DNA from: Bradymonadia bacterium
GTDB taxonomy: Bacteria > Myxococcota_A > Bradymonadia > UBA7976 > UBA1532
NCBI GenBank assembly: GCA_046290225.1
Contig: JBKAGE010000035.1
Span: 352,001-416,000 of the forward strand
Direction of reading: 5' to 3'
DNA length: 64,000 nucleotides
The first letter of the stretch is position 1; each line of letters opens with the position of its first letter. The notes beneath the pieces were generated by a model. That model saw only the letters and a list, made by a program, of their open reading frames with translations. It did not search any database and was not told the DNA's origin. Positions 28,496-45,040 of the stretch are shown piece after piece. Position numbers and translations under genes: made by a program.

Positions 28496-29878
28496 ATGAG
28501 GACAATGTCGTGGGCGAACGCGCTGCTCGCCTTGTTTATGGCCGGATGCACTCTGCTGGACACAGGTGGCTCCGGTGGATCCAACTGCGAAGATGGATCT
28601 GAGGGCTGCGCGTGTTATGGGAACAACACCTGCGACGAAGGGTTGGCTTGTGACGAGGGGCAATGCGTCGATGTCAACGATCTCGATCCAGAGTTCGAAG
28701 GACGCATCGTCGGCGGTCAGACGTCTCGCTCTTTCGCCGCTACAGGCGTGCTCATGTATCAGGGCCAAAGCTGGTGTACAGCCACACTCACAGATCCAAG
28801 TACCATCTTAACTGCTGCACACTGCGTGGACATGCTCAGCGGCCCGAGAGACGGGAATCTCAGCTTCGTCATTGGCAGTGAGCCTCTACAGCCTTCTGCC
28901 TCATCTGCCATCTCCGCCATTCATATCCATCCAGAGTGGCTGGGGTTTCCTCCGAACGGGGGCGATCTTCGACAGTTTGAGCACGGCCGAGACTTGGCGG
29001 TGCTGCGCTTGACGACCCCGATCAACTCAGTGGCCCCTGTACGACTGTGGTTTGGACCCGCAGAGCAGCTGATCGGTCAAAACATGATCTTGGTGGGCTA
29101 TGGCGCATCTCAGGTCGTCAACGATATGCCGATCGGTGGTGGTATTCGTCGGCGCACGCAGGTCACAATCAGCGCAACCATCGCTCAAGGAATCCGCTAC
29201 GAAGACGCCCGAACTGGCAGTTGCAGGGGAGACAGCGGAGGCCCTGCTTTCATGGAAATTGACGGTGTGTGGCGGCAGGTAGGTGTCACTTCGTACGGCG
29301 ACGCGCAATGCGCCTTTTTAGGCACTTACCAGCGCCTCGATCTTCACCAAGATTGGCTCGCCCAGATGGGGGTGGTGGACAACGGACGCTCGCTGACCTG
29401 CGACGAAGACGAGATGTGCGATGGGCAATGCCCTGATGACCCAGACTGCTGGACTCTACTCTGTCCAGGTGGCAGCTGCGCTGCACCCAGCGGCGAGTGC
29501 CTCTCGGATGGCACATGTGATCCATCCTGCGGTGACATAGATCCCGACTGCGGATATGACCAACCCGCACAAGATCCATGTCAGCTCTACAGCCTGTACG
29601 GCAACGGTTACTGTGATTTGTACTGCCCTCAACCTGATCCAGATTGTCAAACTCAGCCTGGCGGTGCCCAGACTTGCGGGCAGGGAGGGATTGGCTTTCA
29701 CCCGCCAACTCGACAATGTGTGTATCTAGATTTGAACGGACAGCAATGCTGGGCAGAGCCTTACGCTTTTTGGCAGGCCAACCAATTCGCCGGGCGATGT
29801 GAGTACTTTGATCGCAGCGGCAACTTCTGCGGTGCAGCGCCTCCCTGGTGCGATGGCTGGGGCTGTTATTGTCAGTAG
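28496..29878 (+). CDS. Trypsin-like (S1) serine protease lipoprotein with Cys-rich N- and C-terminal domains
   Basis: Lipobox MAGC; RIVGG activation site; LTAAHC, DLAVL, GDSGGP catalytic triad motifs; DPDC repeats. Confidence 0.9.
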   Translation: MRTMSWANALLALFMAGCTLLDTGGSGGSNCEDGSEGCACYGNNTCDEGLACDEGQCVDVNDLDPEFEGRIVGGQTSRSFAATGVLMYQGQSWCTATLTDPSTILTAAHCVDMLSGPRDGNLSFVIGSEPLQPSASSAISAIHIHPEWLGFPPNGGDLRQFEHGRDLAVLRLTTPINSVAPVRLWFGPAEQLIGQNMILVGYGASQVVNDMPIGGGIRRRTQVTISATIAQGIRYEDARTGSCRGDSGGPAFMEIDGVWRQVGVTSYGDAQCAFLGTYQRLDLHQDWLAQMGVVDNGRSLTCDEDEMCDGQCPDDPDCWTLLCPGGSCAAPSGECLSDGTCDPSCGDIDPDCGYDQPAQDPCQLYSLYGNGYCDLYCPQPDPDCQTQPGGAQTCGQGGIGFHPPTRQCVYLDLNGQQCWAEPYAFWQANQFAGRCEYFDRSGNFCGAAPPWCDGWGCYCQ

Positions 29879-30231
29879 TGACGTGAGGACGACGCTCCCA
29901 CTCTCATGAGCGAGGGCTTCACGACCAGACGACGATCAGTTGTACGATGGCAGTGAGTTGTAATCGAGCTTCGCCGAACGCTGTGGCTATATGAGTGCGG
30001 CGATGGCACGCATCAAGCCGGCGCTGGGTGCTCGCAGCACTTTTTCAGAGCCTGCCCTCCGGCTACGACTGCGCGCCCATCACCACCTTGATACGCACCC
30101 TCACCACCCTTATATCGTCGTATCAACAAAGCTGGAACGGACGTATGAACGTGCCCCCACGGAGGCGCGGAGGGGGCGAAAGTCGTCGTGAGGTCGGTGA
30201 GGTCTCGTCCAGATGCGAGCTTTCACCCGCA

Positions 30232-30250
30232 GAGGTAGCTGCGCTACCTC
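30232..30250. other. Perfect 8-bp hairpin downstream of the atp operon
   Basis: GAGGTAGC-TGC-GCTACCTC; no U-tract, function unknown. Confidence 0.35.
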
Positions 30251-30322
30251 GAGGACGGAAAGGTCGGAGCTGGGCAGGAGATCGCCGGCGTCACGGCGGC
30301 TGGCGCCGCCGGAGCGCCGGAG

Positions 30323-30727
30323 TTAGCCGAGTACCGCCTCGGCGAAGCGGGTGTCGGACTCCATCTTCTCGAACTCTTCGTCGGAGATGAAGCCGGCCTC
30401 GAGGAGGGCTTTCTTGGCGTCGTCGAGCAGGGACGACGCGATGGTCTTGGCAGACTCCAGGCTATCACCGCTCTTCACGAAGGCCTCGTCAGCGAGGATG
30501 AGCACCTTCTCGGGGCCCACCTCGGCGACGCCGCCGCGGAGCAGAATCTCACCAGCGCCCTTGGGGCCCTGGTAAGTGAGCGAGCCACCGCCGAGCATGA
30601 TGAGCCCGGGGCGGTGATCGAAGAGAATGCCCAGCTCGCCGGTGGCGCCAGGGGCCACCACCGACGTCACCTCTTCCGAGATGACTGCGCCAGTGGGGGT
30701 GACCACCTCAAGCTTCATCAGGCTCAT
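30323..30727 (-). CDS. atpC: ATP synthase epsilon subunit
   Basis: LEVVTP, PGATGELGIL..H, GGVAEV; last gene of the atp operon. Confidence 0.9.
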   Translation of the reverse strand: MSLMKLEVVTPTGAVISEEVTSVVAPGATGELGILFDHRPGLIMLGGGSLTYQGPKGAGEILLRGGVAEVGPEKVLILADEAFVKSGDSLESAKTIASSLLDDAKKALLEAGFISDEEFEKMESDTRFAEAVLG

Positions 30728-30778
30728 CACACGACTCCTTCGTCAGAAGCCCGAGGGTCGAATTGACCCTCAGACCAC

Positions 30779-33129
<2,351 letters not shown>

Positions 33130-33197
33130 TTGGGGGCCTCAGACCTCTTAAGGTGTGCCAGTGAAGTGGCTCGACCAGAACTCGGGGTGACCCGAGA

Positions 33198-34706
<1,509 letters not shown>

Positions 34707-34775
34707 CACGTTCTCCGTCTCGTCGGCCCGAAGGCCGCTGGCCCTCGGTGGGCCTGGGTTCTGTCGGCGAGGGCC

Positions 34776-35324
34776 TTAGAGGCTGGCCTCGCGGATACGC
34801 TGTTTCATGTTCTCGAGCTGGGTGCGCACGCTGCCGTCGTACACCTTGCCGCCCACGTGAGTGATGATGCCGCCCAGGATCGAGGGATCTTCTTTGATCT
34901 CGAGCACGATCTGCTGGTTGGTGATCTTCTGCAGCGCCGACTTGAGCCGGGACTGATCTGCATCACTGAGGGGGGTGGCCACGGTGACCCGAGCCCGCTG
35001 ACGACCGGACATGCTGTCGGTCAGATCATGGTAGGCGCGGGTGATCTCGGGCAGATGGCGGATACGGTTACGATCGGTGAGCAGGAACAAGAAGTTCCGC
35101 GTGATCGGGCTCACCATGACGCGCTTGAGCAGCTCGCCGAGCACGGCCTTGCGGCTGTCGACGTTGAAGCTGGGGTTGCGCATCAGCTCGGCGAGCTCGT
35201 CGCTGTTGGCGAAGAGCTTGCTGACCCGATCGAGCTCCCGACCGAGCTGCTCGAAGTTCTTCTTCTCAAGGCCGATCTCGAGGAGGGCCTGAGCGTAACG
35301 CTGATGAATGACGGCGGTGCTCAC
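34776..35324 (-). CDS. atpH: ATP synthase delta subunit
   Basis: RYAQAL, NP, DPSILGG, DGSV; position in the operon. Confidence 0.93.
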   Translation of the reverse strand: MSTAVIHQRYAQALLEIGLEKKNFEQLGRELDRVSKLFANSDELAELMRNPSFNVDSRKAVLGELLKRVMVSPITRNFLFLLTDRNRIRHLPEITRAYHDLTDSMSGRQRARVTVATPLSDADQSRLKSALQKITNQQIVLEIKEDPSILGGIITHVGGKVYDGSVRTQLENMKQRIREASL

Positions 35325-35349
35325 TTTGGCTCCTAAACCACGGGGCTCC

Positions 35350-35928
35350 TCAGCCCTTGATGCCCTCTTCGAGCTGGGTGAGGTAGTCGGCGGTCAAACG
35401 CTGACGGTCGGCGGCGTTGATCTTCTCGGAGATCAGGGCCGTGGCGGCGTCGACGGCGCGCTCGACGAGCTCGGTCTCCAGCTTGACCTTGGCCTGACGC
35501 AGCTCGTGGGCTGCGGTGCGCTCGGCCTCCTGGCGCAGGCGATCAGCGTCGGCCTTGCCCTCGGCGATGAGGTTGGCCTTCTCGCTCTCGCCCTGCTGGC
35601 GATACTCTTCGAGGATCTGCTTCTTGTTGGCGTCGAGCTCTTTGATCTTGGCGTCGTAATCGTCGAGGCGCTTCTGTGCCTCGTCGTGCAGCCGGCGGGC
35701 CTCGTCGATGTCGGCGGCCACGGCGGCGGCCTGATCTTTGAGGGCCTTCTGGATGGGGCTGCGTGCGTACTTGATCACCAGACCCAGCAGGATCACCAGG
35801 TTCACCGCGTGGAAGATCACGTTGGTGAAGCCAGCCTCACCATCACCACCAGCGATGGCGGGGGTGCTGAGGAGGGTGAGCAGGGCAACGGCTGACGCGC
35901 TCTTGAATGGCGTGCTCTGGAATGACAT
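35350..35928 (-). CDS. atpF: ATP synthase F0 subunit b
   Basis: N-terminal TM (HAVNLVILLGLV) followed by a long charged coiled coil; operon position. Confidence 0.85.
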   Translation of the reverse strand: MSFQSTPFKSASAVALLTLLSTPAIAGGDGEAGFTNVIFHAVNLVILLGLVIKYARSPIQKALKDQAAAVAADIDEARRLHDEAQKRLDDYDAKIKELDANKKQILEEYRQQGESEKANLIAEGKADADRLRQEAERTAAHELRQAKVKLETELVERAVDAATALISEKINAADRQRLTADYLTQLEEGIKG

Positions 35929-35959
35929 GGCTGTCAGTATTCCTTCTGCGTGCTGCGGT

Positions 35960-36436
35960 TCAGACCGGACGGCCGATGATCTTCTCGGCGACCTGCTTGG
36001 CGAGATCGTCGACCTGGCCGAGCATGGACTGCCGGGCGCTCTCGACGTCTGCCTTGATCCCCGCCCGTACCTCGTCGAGGTGAGCGGTGGTCTCTGCAGT
36101 GGCCTTGGCGATGGCAGCTTCCTTGGCATCGAGACCCTCACCGCGGAGCGCGGCACGAGCAGAAGACGCCTGGGTGCGGGCAGCGCCGTACTCTTCGTCG
36201 TACCGGGATGACAGCTCGGAAGCGCGGGCGTCCAGCACGCGGGCTTCCTGCCGGGTCTTCTCAGTCTTCTCGGTCCGACGGGCGTCGGCTTCGAGGAAGG
36301 GCTTGAAAACCAGGCCTCGCATGATCATCAGCAGCGCGAGAAAGAGGCCGAGTTGGATGAAGAAAGTCGCGTCGATGTCGATGAGACCCATCGACTGTAC
36401 AGTGACGTGAAGGGACTGCATGGTTGGTAATGTCAC
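35960..36436 (-). CDS. atpF: ATP synthase F0 subunit b'
   Basis: IDIDATFFIQL..F..L....LVFKP, coiled coil, KIIGR; start could be 36421 or later. Confidence 0.85.
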   Translation of the reverse strand: MTLPTMQSLHVTVQSMGLIDIDATFFIQLGLFLALLMIMRGLVFKPFLEADARRTEKTEKTRQEARVLDARASELSSRYDEEYGAARTQASSARAALRGEGLDAKEAAIAKATAETTAHLDEVRAGIKADVESARQSMLGQVDDLAKQVAEKIIGRPV

Positions 36437-36502
36437 CTTCCGTGCCTAGCCAAAAATTCGGCGCAACCTATCACCGCCCACCGGCAACGTCAATCGGGAT
36501 TC

Positions 36503-36511
36503 TGTGGACAA
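36503..36511 (-). promoter_or_regulatory. DnaA-box-like site upstream of the atp operon
   Basis: TGTGGACAA (1 mismatch to TGTGGATAA), followed by a weaker TGTGGGTTC. Confidence 0.4.
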
Positions 36512-36555
36512 ATTGTGGGTTCACATGACTGTGATGACTACCCAGATGGGTGAAG

Positions 36556-37353
36556 TCAGCCAAAGGCGGCCCGGCGACGGTAGTCTTCGCCGTTCATCGG
36601 CTGCAGATGACACATCTCGATCAGCCGGGAGTAGATGCGCTCCCCGACGCGATCGACGAGGACCTGCTGGCCATCTGCGCCGCCGTTCCCACGGCCTGGC
36701 GCATAGTTCGTCGTGAACAATGTGGTGCGGTTGGCGTTGTACCGCTTGCTGATCAGCTCGTCCAGCACCGAGAGCTCCCACTCGGTGCCCCGCCCCTTGC
36801 CCAGCTCGTCGATGGCCAGCACCGGAATGTGAATCAAGGGTTCGATGAGGGCTTCAGCGCTGCCATGACGGCCCTGATCAAATGAGGCGCGCAGATCGGA
36901 CAGCAGGTGCATGAACTCCACGAACCGCACCTGCACCCCACGTTTGATCAGCAGGTGGCGCAAGATCGCCACCATCAAGTGGGTCTTCCCGGTCCCACAG
37001 GGTCCGTAATAAAGAATGCCACGCTGCCCCGCGACGAACTCCGAGGCAAACCGATTCGCCAGCGCCCGGGCGTTGCGCTTTTGCAGATCAGGCGTCTCGA
37101 AGTTCATGAACGAGGCCTGGTTGTACCGCGCGGGCAACCGGGCGTGGTTGTAGAACTTGATGCGTTGATCGAGGGGGCTGCACTCGCAGGGCACCGCGTT
37201 CGTGTAGCCCTGATCATTGGTGACGAAGGTGAAGCCCACGCCCCCGCAGAGGGTACACTTCACCTTGCAGGTGCACCGCTCGGCGAGGGAATAGTCGCCC
37301 TGGCGTTTGGAGACGATGAACTCATTGCCGCAAATCGGGCACTCGCGCTGCAT
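36556..37353 (-). CDS. DnaC/DnaI/IstB-like AAA+ ATPase with N-terminal Cys-rich Zn-binding region
   Basis: GPCGTGKTH, LAIDELG, RYN...TLFTTN, RIYSRL; CxxC...CxC..CxxC...CxC. Confidence 0.85.
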   Translation of the reverse strand: MQRECPICGNEFIVSKRQGDYSLAERCTCKVKCTLCGGVGFTFVTNDQGYTNAVPCECSPLDQRIKFYNHARLPARYNQASFMNFETPDLQKRNARALANRFASEFVAGQRGILYYGPCGTGKTHLMVAILRHLLIKRGVQVRFVEFMHLLSDLRASFDQGRHGSAEALIEPLIHIPVLAIDELGKGRGTEWELSVLDELISKRYNANRTTLFTTNYAPGRGNGGADGQQVLVDRVGERIYSRLIEMCHLQPMNGEDYRRRAAFG

Positions 37354-37404
37354 GGCTGAACTCTCTGAAAACGGAACCGGCGTAGAGCCTTTGTGAGGGT
37401 GTCC

Positions 37405-38172
37405 TCACCACGAAGGGGGCGCAAGCCTCAACTGCAGATCGGGCAAACCCAGATGACGACGCACCTGCCGCAGACGTTGTCGATCACGGGTGGCCTGCCA
37501 ATTGGTCTGGTTCGCCACCTTGCGCTCCGCGGCGAGCATATCATCGACCTTCGCCGACAACATCTCCTGGGTGTCCGCGTCGAGGCGATCCCAGAAGGCC
37601 TCGCTGGCCTTCTCTTCTAGAGATTCCAGAGCGGTGACCGGGTCTTCAATTTTTCCGATCAAGGCATCATCTCTGAGCTGAGTCAGGCGACCGAGCAGCA
37701 GATCGACGAGGGCGATCAACCGATCTTCGTGCAGATCGGCTCTGGCACGCTCGACCTGGCTGAGCAACAAGTCGAAGGCCCGGGTCAGCTCGGCCTGCTC
37801 TGCAGCGAGGGGCTGGTGCGGTGCGATCTCCGGTCTGGGTCGAGGATCACGTGCGGGGGGTGTCAGCGGCGTCGACGGGGGCACGACAGGGGTGCCCGCT
37901 TGAGGGGTCGGGCGGCTACCCACCTGCCGGGCACGCCACGCCTGAGCGACGGCGTCCACTGACTTGAGCACCGACTCGAGGCCTCTGATCGATTTGGTCT
38001 TCTTGCGATGATCGAAGGCCCGCTCGATGCCTTGGATCACCACCTCGGCGGGCAACCCCGCCCGAGCCCAACGTTGGATCATTTCGAGATCTCGAGCGGA
38101 GAGCATCAGCCCCTTGCCGCTCTGTTCGAGGAAGGCACGCTCAATGGCGTGAATGTAGGCGCGGTCGAGCAT
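37405..38172 (-). CDS. Hypothetical protein with DnaD-like N-terminal domain
   Basis: FLEQSGKGLMLSARDLEMIQRW...GLPAEVVIQGIERAF...IRGL resembles DnaD/DnaB-type helical domains; directly upstream of the DnaC-like ATPase. Confidence 0.55.
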   Translation of the reverse strand: MLDRAYIHAIERAFLEQSGKGLMLSARDLEMIQRWARAGLPAEVVIQGIERAFDHRKKTKSIRGLESVLKSVDAVAQAWRARQVGSRPTPQAGTPVVPPSTPLTPPARDPRPRPEIAPHQPLAAEQAELTRAFDLLLSQVERARADLHEDRLIALVDLLLGRLTQLRDDALIGKIEDPVTALESLEEKASEAFWDRLDADTQEMLSAKVDDMLAAERKVANQTNWQATRDRQRLRQVRRHLGLPDLQLRLAPPSW

Positions 38173-38200
38173 GGTGAGACCAGTGTTACCGGTTCACTGA

Positions 38201-40777
<2,577 letters not shown>

Positions 40778-40899
40778 TCAAGCGCCACCGGCTCGCCAAC
40801 CCCGCGTTTATGCGGCAAATCAGCGGCCTTGAGCGCTTTACATAAAGACGAAGAAATGTACCACAAAAGAGCGCCATCCACAAGTAAACCTGCGGACCC

Positions 40900-40912
40900 C
40901 AAACACCTGATT
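40900..40912 (-). promoter_or_regulatory. IHF-like site in the gyrB upstream region
   Basis: Minus strand AATCAGGTGTTTG fits WATCAR-N4-TTR in an AT-rich patch. Confidence 0.3.
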
Positions 40913-40961
40913 TTAAAGGGAAAAATATGGTGTGAACGGCGAGGGGGTCGAGGGGGCTGAA

Positions 40962-41486
40962 TCAGGCCTCCGCGGAGGCCTCTTCGGCGACCTTTCTGGG
41001 GGCTCTCGCAGGGGCCTTTTTGGCGAACTTCCTGGCCACTTCTGCAGGCTCCAGGAGCAGGGTGCGAGGCTCGCCTTCGCCGACGCTGCGGGTGCCCACC
41101 TCGTCGTCGCCCATGAGGGCGGTGTGCGCCAGGCGACGCTCTGCAGGGGAGAGGCCGTCGAGGACCCCTCGGCGACCCGTGCGCACCACCATATCGGCGA
41201 TCTCCACCACAGCGGCGCTGATGATGGCCTTGCGACGATCGAGATCACCCCCGACGTCGAGCGTGCAGCGTACGCGGCCGCCGGTGGCCTGAGAGGCCGC
41301 GCTCGAGGTCAGCTGGGTGATGGCGGTGACCAGCTCGGGATCACGCAGCTTGGAGATGCTGCCGGTGAGGCGCAGGATGATCTCGCCGTCGACCTCGGTG
41401 CCCTCGACGTCGATCGAGAGCTGCATGCGGTCGAAGAGGCCAGTCAAAAACTCGGAGGCCGCTTGAATGGCCTGACCGTTGCTCAT
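40962..41486 (-). CDS. jag: Jag/KhpB (SpoIIIJ-associated) R3H protein, short form
   Basis: ERRLAH (R3H), TRSVGEGEPR; directly downstream of yidC; KH GxxG motif not evident. Confidence 0.75.
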   Translation of the reverse strand: MSNGQAIQAASEFLTGLFDRMQLSIDVEGTEVDGEIILRLTGSISKLRDPELVTAITQLTSSAASQATGGRVRCTLDVGGDLDRRKAIISAAVVEIADMVVRTGRRGVLDGLSPAERRLAHTALMGDDEVGTRSVGEGEPRTLLLEPAEVARKFAKKAPARAPRKVAEEASAEA

Positions 41487-41526
41487 GGAATTCTCCTGAA
41501 AATCGAGTGGAAAGCGTCGAGGGCGA

Positions 41527-43281
41527 TCAGGCCCGGGCGTTCTTGCCCTTCTTGAGGGAGGGCGCCGGCTCTGCTTCTGCCTTCTTCAACAGCACGTACT
41601 GCTGCACCAGACCCATGATGGTGTTGGCGGCAATGTACAGCACGAGGCCCGCCGGCAGGAACAGCATCATCAAGGTGAAGATGACCGGCATCAAATACAT
41701 GATGATCTTCTGCTGTGCCTGATCGCCCGCAGTGGGCGACAACCGGCTCTGCAAGAACATCAGCCCACCGAGGGCCAGAGGCAGAATGTAGAAGGGGTCG
41801 GGCTGGGACAAATCGTGAATCCAGCCACCCAGATCAGCCTGGTACAGCTCCACCGAAGAGTAGATCGTCCGGTACAGGGCCAGGTAGATGGGCATCATCA
41901 GCACCACCGGCAGGCACCCGGCAAGAGGGTTCACGTTGTGCTCTTTGTAGAGCTTCATGATCTCTTGCTGCTGCTTGAGCTTGTCCTCCTTGTACTTGGC
42001 CTGAAGCGCCTTCATCTGAGGCTGGATCTTCTTCATGGAGGCCATGGACTTGTACTGCTTCTGGGTAAGAGGCAGCGTGAGCAGCTTCACGAGGATGGTG
42101 AGCAGCACGATGGCGATGCCCCAGTTGCCCACCCAGCTGAAGAAGAGCCGCATGATCTTGAGCATGGGCACCGAGACCACGGTGAACCAGCCGAAGTCTA
42201 CGGCGTCGCTCATGGGGGGCGTGGTGGCGCTCACCACTTCGTACTTCTTCGGGCCGCCGTAAATCTGGAACTTGCGGGAGAGCGTCTGGCCAGGCTCGAG
42301 CTTGGAGGCGCCGAAGTCGGCCACCGTGACGGCGAGGCTGAAGCCCACGGGGATCTTGGTGGTCTCGGGCAGACCGGCGTTCTTGGGATCGACGAAGAAC
42401 TCACACGCCTTGATGGGATCAGCGCCGACGCCGGGCAGCATACCCATCATGAAGTAACGGTTGTTCACCGCGGCCCACTGCACCCCGTTGGCGAAGGCGG
42501 TCGGCTCTTCCGGGTCGTTCAGATCGCTGGCCACGGAGGCGATCATCTCCCGGTGGAAGACCTCTTTCTCCTGACACAACGACTCAAACAGGTAGATCGG
42601 GGGGGTGAACATCGAGCCAGTGGCTTCGCTGTCGTTCTGAAGGCCGGCCATACGACCCTTCAAGGCCACGTCGACGGCGGCATTGCCCGTGTTGCGCACG
42701 GTGACCTCGCCATCAAGCACGTACTGCAGATCGCTCACCCGCCAAGTGCGGACGATCTCCAAACCCGTCGTGGCATCACGGTGGGTGAAGCTCACCGACT
42801 TGGCATCATCTGCGACCTTGGCGTCGTACACCCCGACGACCGAAAGATCGTTCGCCAGCACGTCGAGCTGAGGCGGCAGGAAGACGCTCTTGTCGTCGGC
42901 CTCACCGAGCGGACGCACGAAGCGATCAGGCTTCAGCCCGTCATCGGTCTTGATCAGGTACTGATCTTCAGTGAGGGACCACGACTTCAACGCGCCGTTC
43001 AGGTTCGACAGCTCGAGGTTGAAGAGATCGCCGGCCTTGAGGCCAGTGATCTTCTCGAGGCTGGGGTCGAGAACCGGGATCTTCGGCGCGGGCTTCTCGT
43101 CGGGCTTCGTAGCGTCTCCGCCAGCCTTGCCTTGCTCACCACCGTTCTGAGCCACGCCCGCATCAGGGGCGTTCTGCTTCGGGGGTGGCTGCTGAGGGAA
43201 CATATAGGTCCAGAGGGCCAGGACCACGCCACTCATCACCACCGCGAGGATCATCCGCCGGTAGTCGGTGTTCTCATTCAT
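41527..43281 (-). CDS. yidC: Membrane protein insertase YidC
   Basis: [43 protein letters not shown]. Confidence 0.97.
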   Translation of the reverse strand: MNENTDYRRMILAVVMSGVVLALWTYMFPQQPPPKQNAPDAGVAQNGGEQGKAGGDATKPDEKPAPKIPVLDPSLEKITGLKAGDLFNLELSNLNGALKSWSLTEDQYLIKTDDGLKPDRFVRPLGEADDKSVFLPPQLDVLANDLSVVGVYDAKVADDAKSVSFTHRDATTGLEIVRTWRVSDLQYVLDGEVTVRNTGNAAVDVALKGRMAGLQNDSEATGSMFTPPIYLFESLCQEKEVFHREMIASVASDLNDPEEPTAFANGVQWAAVNNRYFMMGMLPGVGADPIKACEFFVDPKNAGLPETTKIPVGFSLAVTVADFGASKLEPGQTLSRKFQIYGGPKKYEVVSATTPPMSDAVDFGWFTVVSVPMLKIMRLFFSWVGNWGIAIVLLTILVKLLTLPLTQKQYKSMASMKKIQPQMKALQAKYKEDKLKQQQEIMKLYKEHNVNPLAGCLPVVLMMPIYLALYRTIYSSVELYQADLGGWIHDLSQPDPFYILPLALGGLMFLQSRLSPTAGDQAQQKIIMYLMPVIFTLMMLFLPAGLVLYIAANTIMGLVQQYVLLKKAEAEPAPSLKKGKNARA

Positions 43282-43493
43282 GGCTCATCCACTGGGTCGT
43301 AACCGCCTGGGCTCCAGGGGTGACAACGACAAATACGGCTACACGTGCGGCGACTGCCGCCGAAGAAGCCGTGTTTTTGATAGGCCTCGATTGCGTACTC
43401 AGAGCAGCTCGGCACGAACCTGCACGAAGGAGGCAACAACGGGGAAATGAAGTTCTGATATCCGCGAATGAACCAGACGCACAGCGCAGTCAT
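43278..43493 (-). CDS. yidD: Membrane protein insertion efficiency factor YidD
   Basis: [29 protein letters not shown]. Confidence 0.93.
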   Translation of the reverse strand: MTALCVWFIRGYQNFISPLLPPSCRFVPSCSEYAIEAYQKHGFFGGSRRTCSRICRCHPWSPGGYDPVDEP

Positions 43494-43494
43494 G

Positions 43495-44028
43495 TCAGCC
43501 CCTCGTCTCGGACTGAGTCTGGGCGCCACCTTCGTTCTGGCTGCGCCCATGACCAGACTGACCGGTACGACCCTTCTGACCACTGTGCTTGTGGCTGCCA
43601 TGCTTCTGGCCGCCTTGCTTGTGGTTCGAGTGCTTTCGCCCGGAGCCCCTTTTGCCAGAACCCTTCTGAGGCGGGTTACGCAAACGACGCAACCCTTCAG
43701 AGAGCTCTTTGTAGATCACAGCGTAGTCATCTGGCGGGGTCTGGTTCTTGGCCACGAGCACCACATCGAGACCCTTGGTCTGCGCAGCGGGGTGCTTGCG
43801 GAAAGCTTCGCGCACAAGCCGTTTTAAACGGTTGCGCACGACGGCGTTGCCCACCTTCTTGCTCACGGTGATGCCGAGACGAATCGGACGACCGCCTGTG
43901 AGGCGACCATAGAACACGAAGTGGCGGGTGCTCACCCGTGATCCTCGGCGTTGCACGAAGAGGAACTCCCTGCGACGGCGAAGGCGGCTGCTCTTGGGGA
44001 ACTGCTGACCTTCAGGCAAGGGGCTCAT
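43495..44028 (-). CDS. rnpA: Ribonuclease P protein component with low-complexity C-terminal extension
   Basis: [28 protein letters not shown]; position between rpmH and yidD. Confidence 0.93.
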   Translation of the reverse strand: MSPLPEGQQFPKSSRLRRRREFLFVQRRGSRVSTRHFVFYGRLTGGRPIRLGITVSKKVGNAVVRNRLKRLVREAFRKHPAAQTKGLDVVLVAKNQTPPDDYAVIYKELSEGLRRLRNPPQKGSGKRGSGRKHSNHKQGGQKHGSHKHSGQKGRTGQSGHGRSQNEGGAQTQSETRG

Positions 44029-44172
44029 CGGGCACCGAATGGGTTGTCGCTGAGGGGACAGCGGTGGGCACGGGGGTGGAGGCAATCGAGCGGTGACATC
44101 TTATCTCTGCGCGCGCGAGGATAAAGCGCGCACGCGTGAGAGGTGCCTGATCGGCTCGAACCCCCCAGGGGA

Positions 44173-44322
44173 TTACTTGCGGTAAGTCGCCGGGGCCAGG
44201 TTCTTGCGGCCCTTCTGACGGCGGCGCTTCAGGACTGCGCGGCCGGCACGGGTGGAGGCGCGCTTACGGAAGCCGTGGGTGCGCCGGCGGGAGGTGTTGC
44301 TGGGCTGAAAAGTGCGCTTCAT
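44173..44322 (-). CDS. rpmH: 50S ribosomal protein L34
   Basis: [28 protein letters not shown]. Confidence 0.97.
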   Translation of the reverse strand: MKRTFQPSNTSRRRTHGFRKRASTRAGRAVLKRRRQKGRKNLAPATYRK

Positions 44323-44423
44323 GGAAAATTCCTCACGTTCGAATAGCGTGCCCTCGATTTGAGGGCGGCGAATGGAACCACAACCCCCTCGGAAGATCAA
44401 CCAAGATCACCAAACCCCTTGCA

Positions 44424-44517
44424 GATGGCACCCATGGGTCGAGCCATGGCAGTCGATGACTCCCTCGATGGCAGCCCATGACTTCCGGGATGGCACCCCA
44501 TGGCATCCGATGCCATC
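44424..44517. repeat. Cluster of GATGGCA(C/G)CC(C)ATG imperfect repeats in the rpmH-dnaA intergenic region
   Basis: Copies at about 44424, 44467 and 44489, plus inverted GATGCCATC at about 44509. Confidence 0.55.
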
Positions 44518-45040
44518 TCGAGCGGCCCGTCGGGCACCCTCCAAAAAAAACTTGAGCCGAAGATCGACAAAAATTTGGGCCCACGAGGGGGTAGACGGAG
44601 AATGGCCTGGAGCCCGTCTCAATGGGGTCACAGCGCCGGAACATGCCTGACACATTGAAAAACTCGACAGCATTCGAGTTCGGGGGTAACCACTGCACGA
44701 GTGTTCGGTTCTCTCCGGCAAAACTCAGAGTCCCTGCGACCCAAGCCCGAAACATCTTATGTAAAAGGTGAAGAAATGGGTGGCATACATCTGAAACCAC
44801 TGCTATTCTCACGAGCATAAGAAAAGAACTTGCGGGGTGATCGAGCGCCATGCTTAATGGGCCTCACCGCGGCACTGATTACGACTCGCAAGGGGACTCA
44901 GCGAGCGTGGTTTTTTGTCAGGTCACCCCGTAAAAACGATAACCATTAATGTTCGGTCGATAGCACCCTGGTGCCATCCCATATTGATATAGGGATACGG
45001 CCCCAATACGTGCCATTGACCATGATGCGAGTGCAGACAC

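Noticed and set aside
29879..30322. Possible ncRNA or small gene between the protease and atpC
   Set aside because: Only isolated GC-rich hairpins; no tRNA, SRP, tmRNA or riboswitch signature recognisable by eye. An Rfam search would be needed.
36556..37353. IS21 element or prophage, suggested by the IstB-like ATPase
   Set aside because: No IstA transposase, terminal repeats, integrase or phage genes nearby.
40857..40882. DnaA boxes upstream of gyrB
   Set aside because: TGTACCACA and CCATCCACA each have two or more mismatches; too weak to call.
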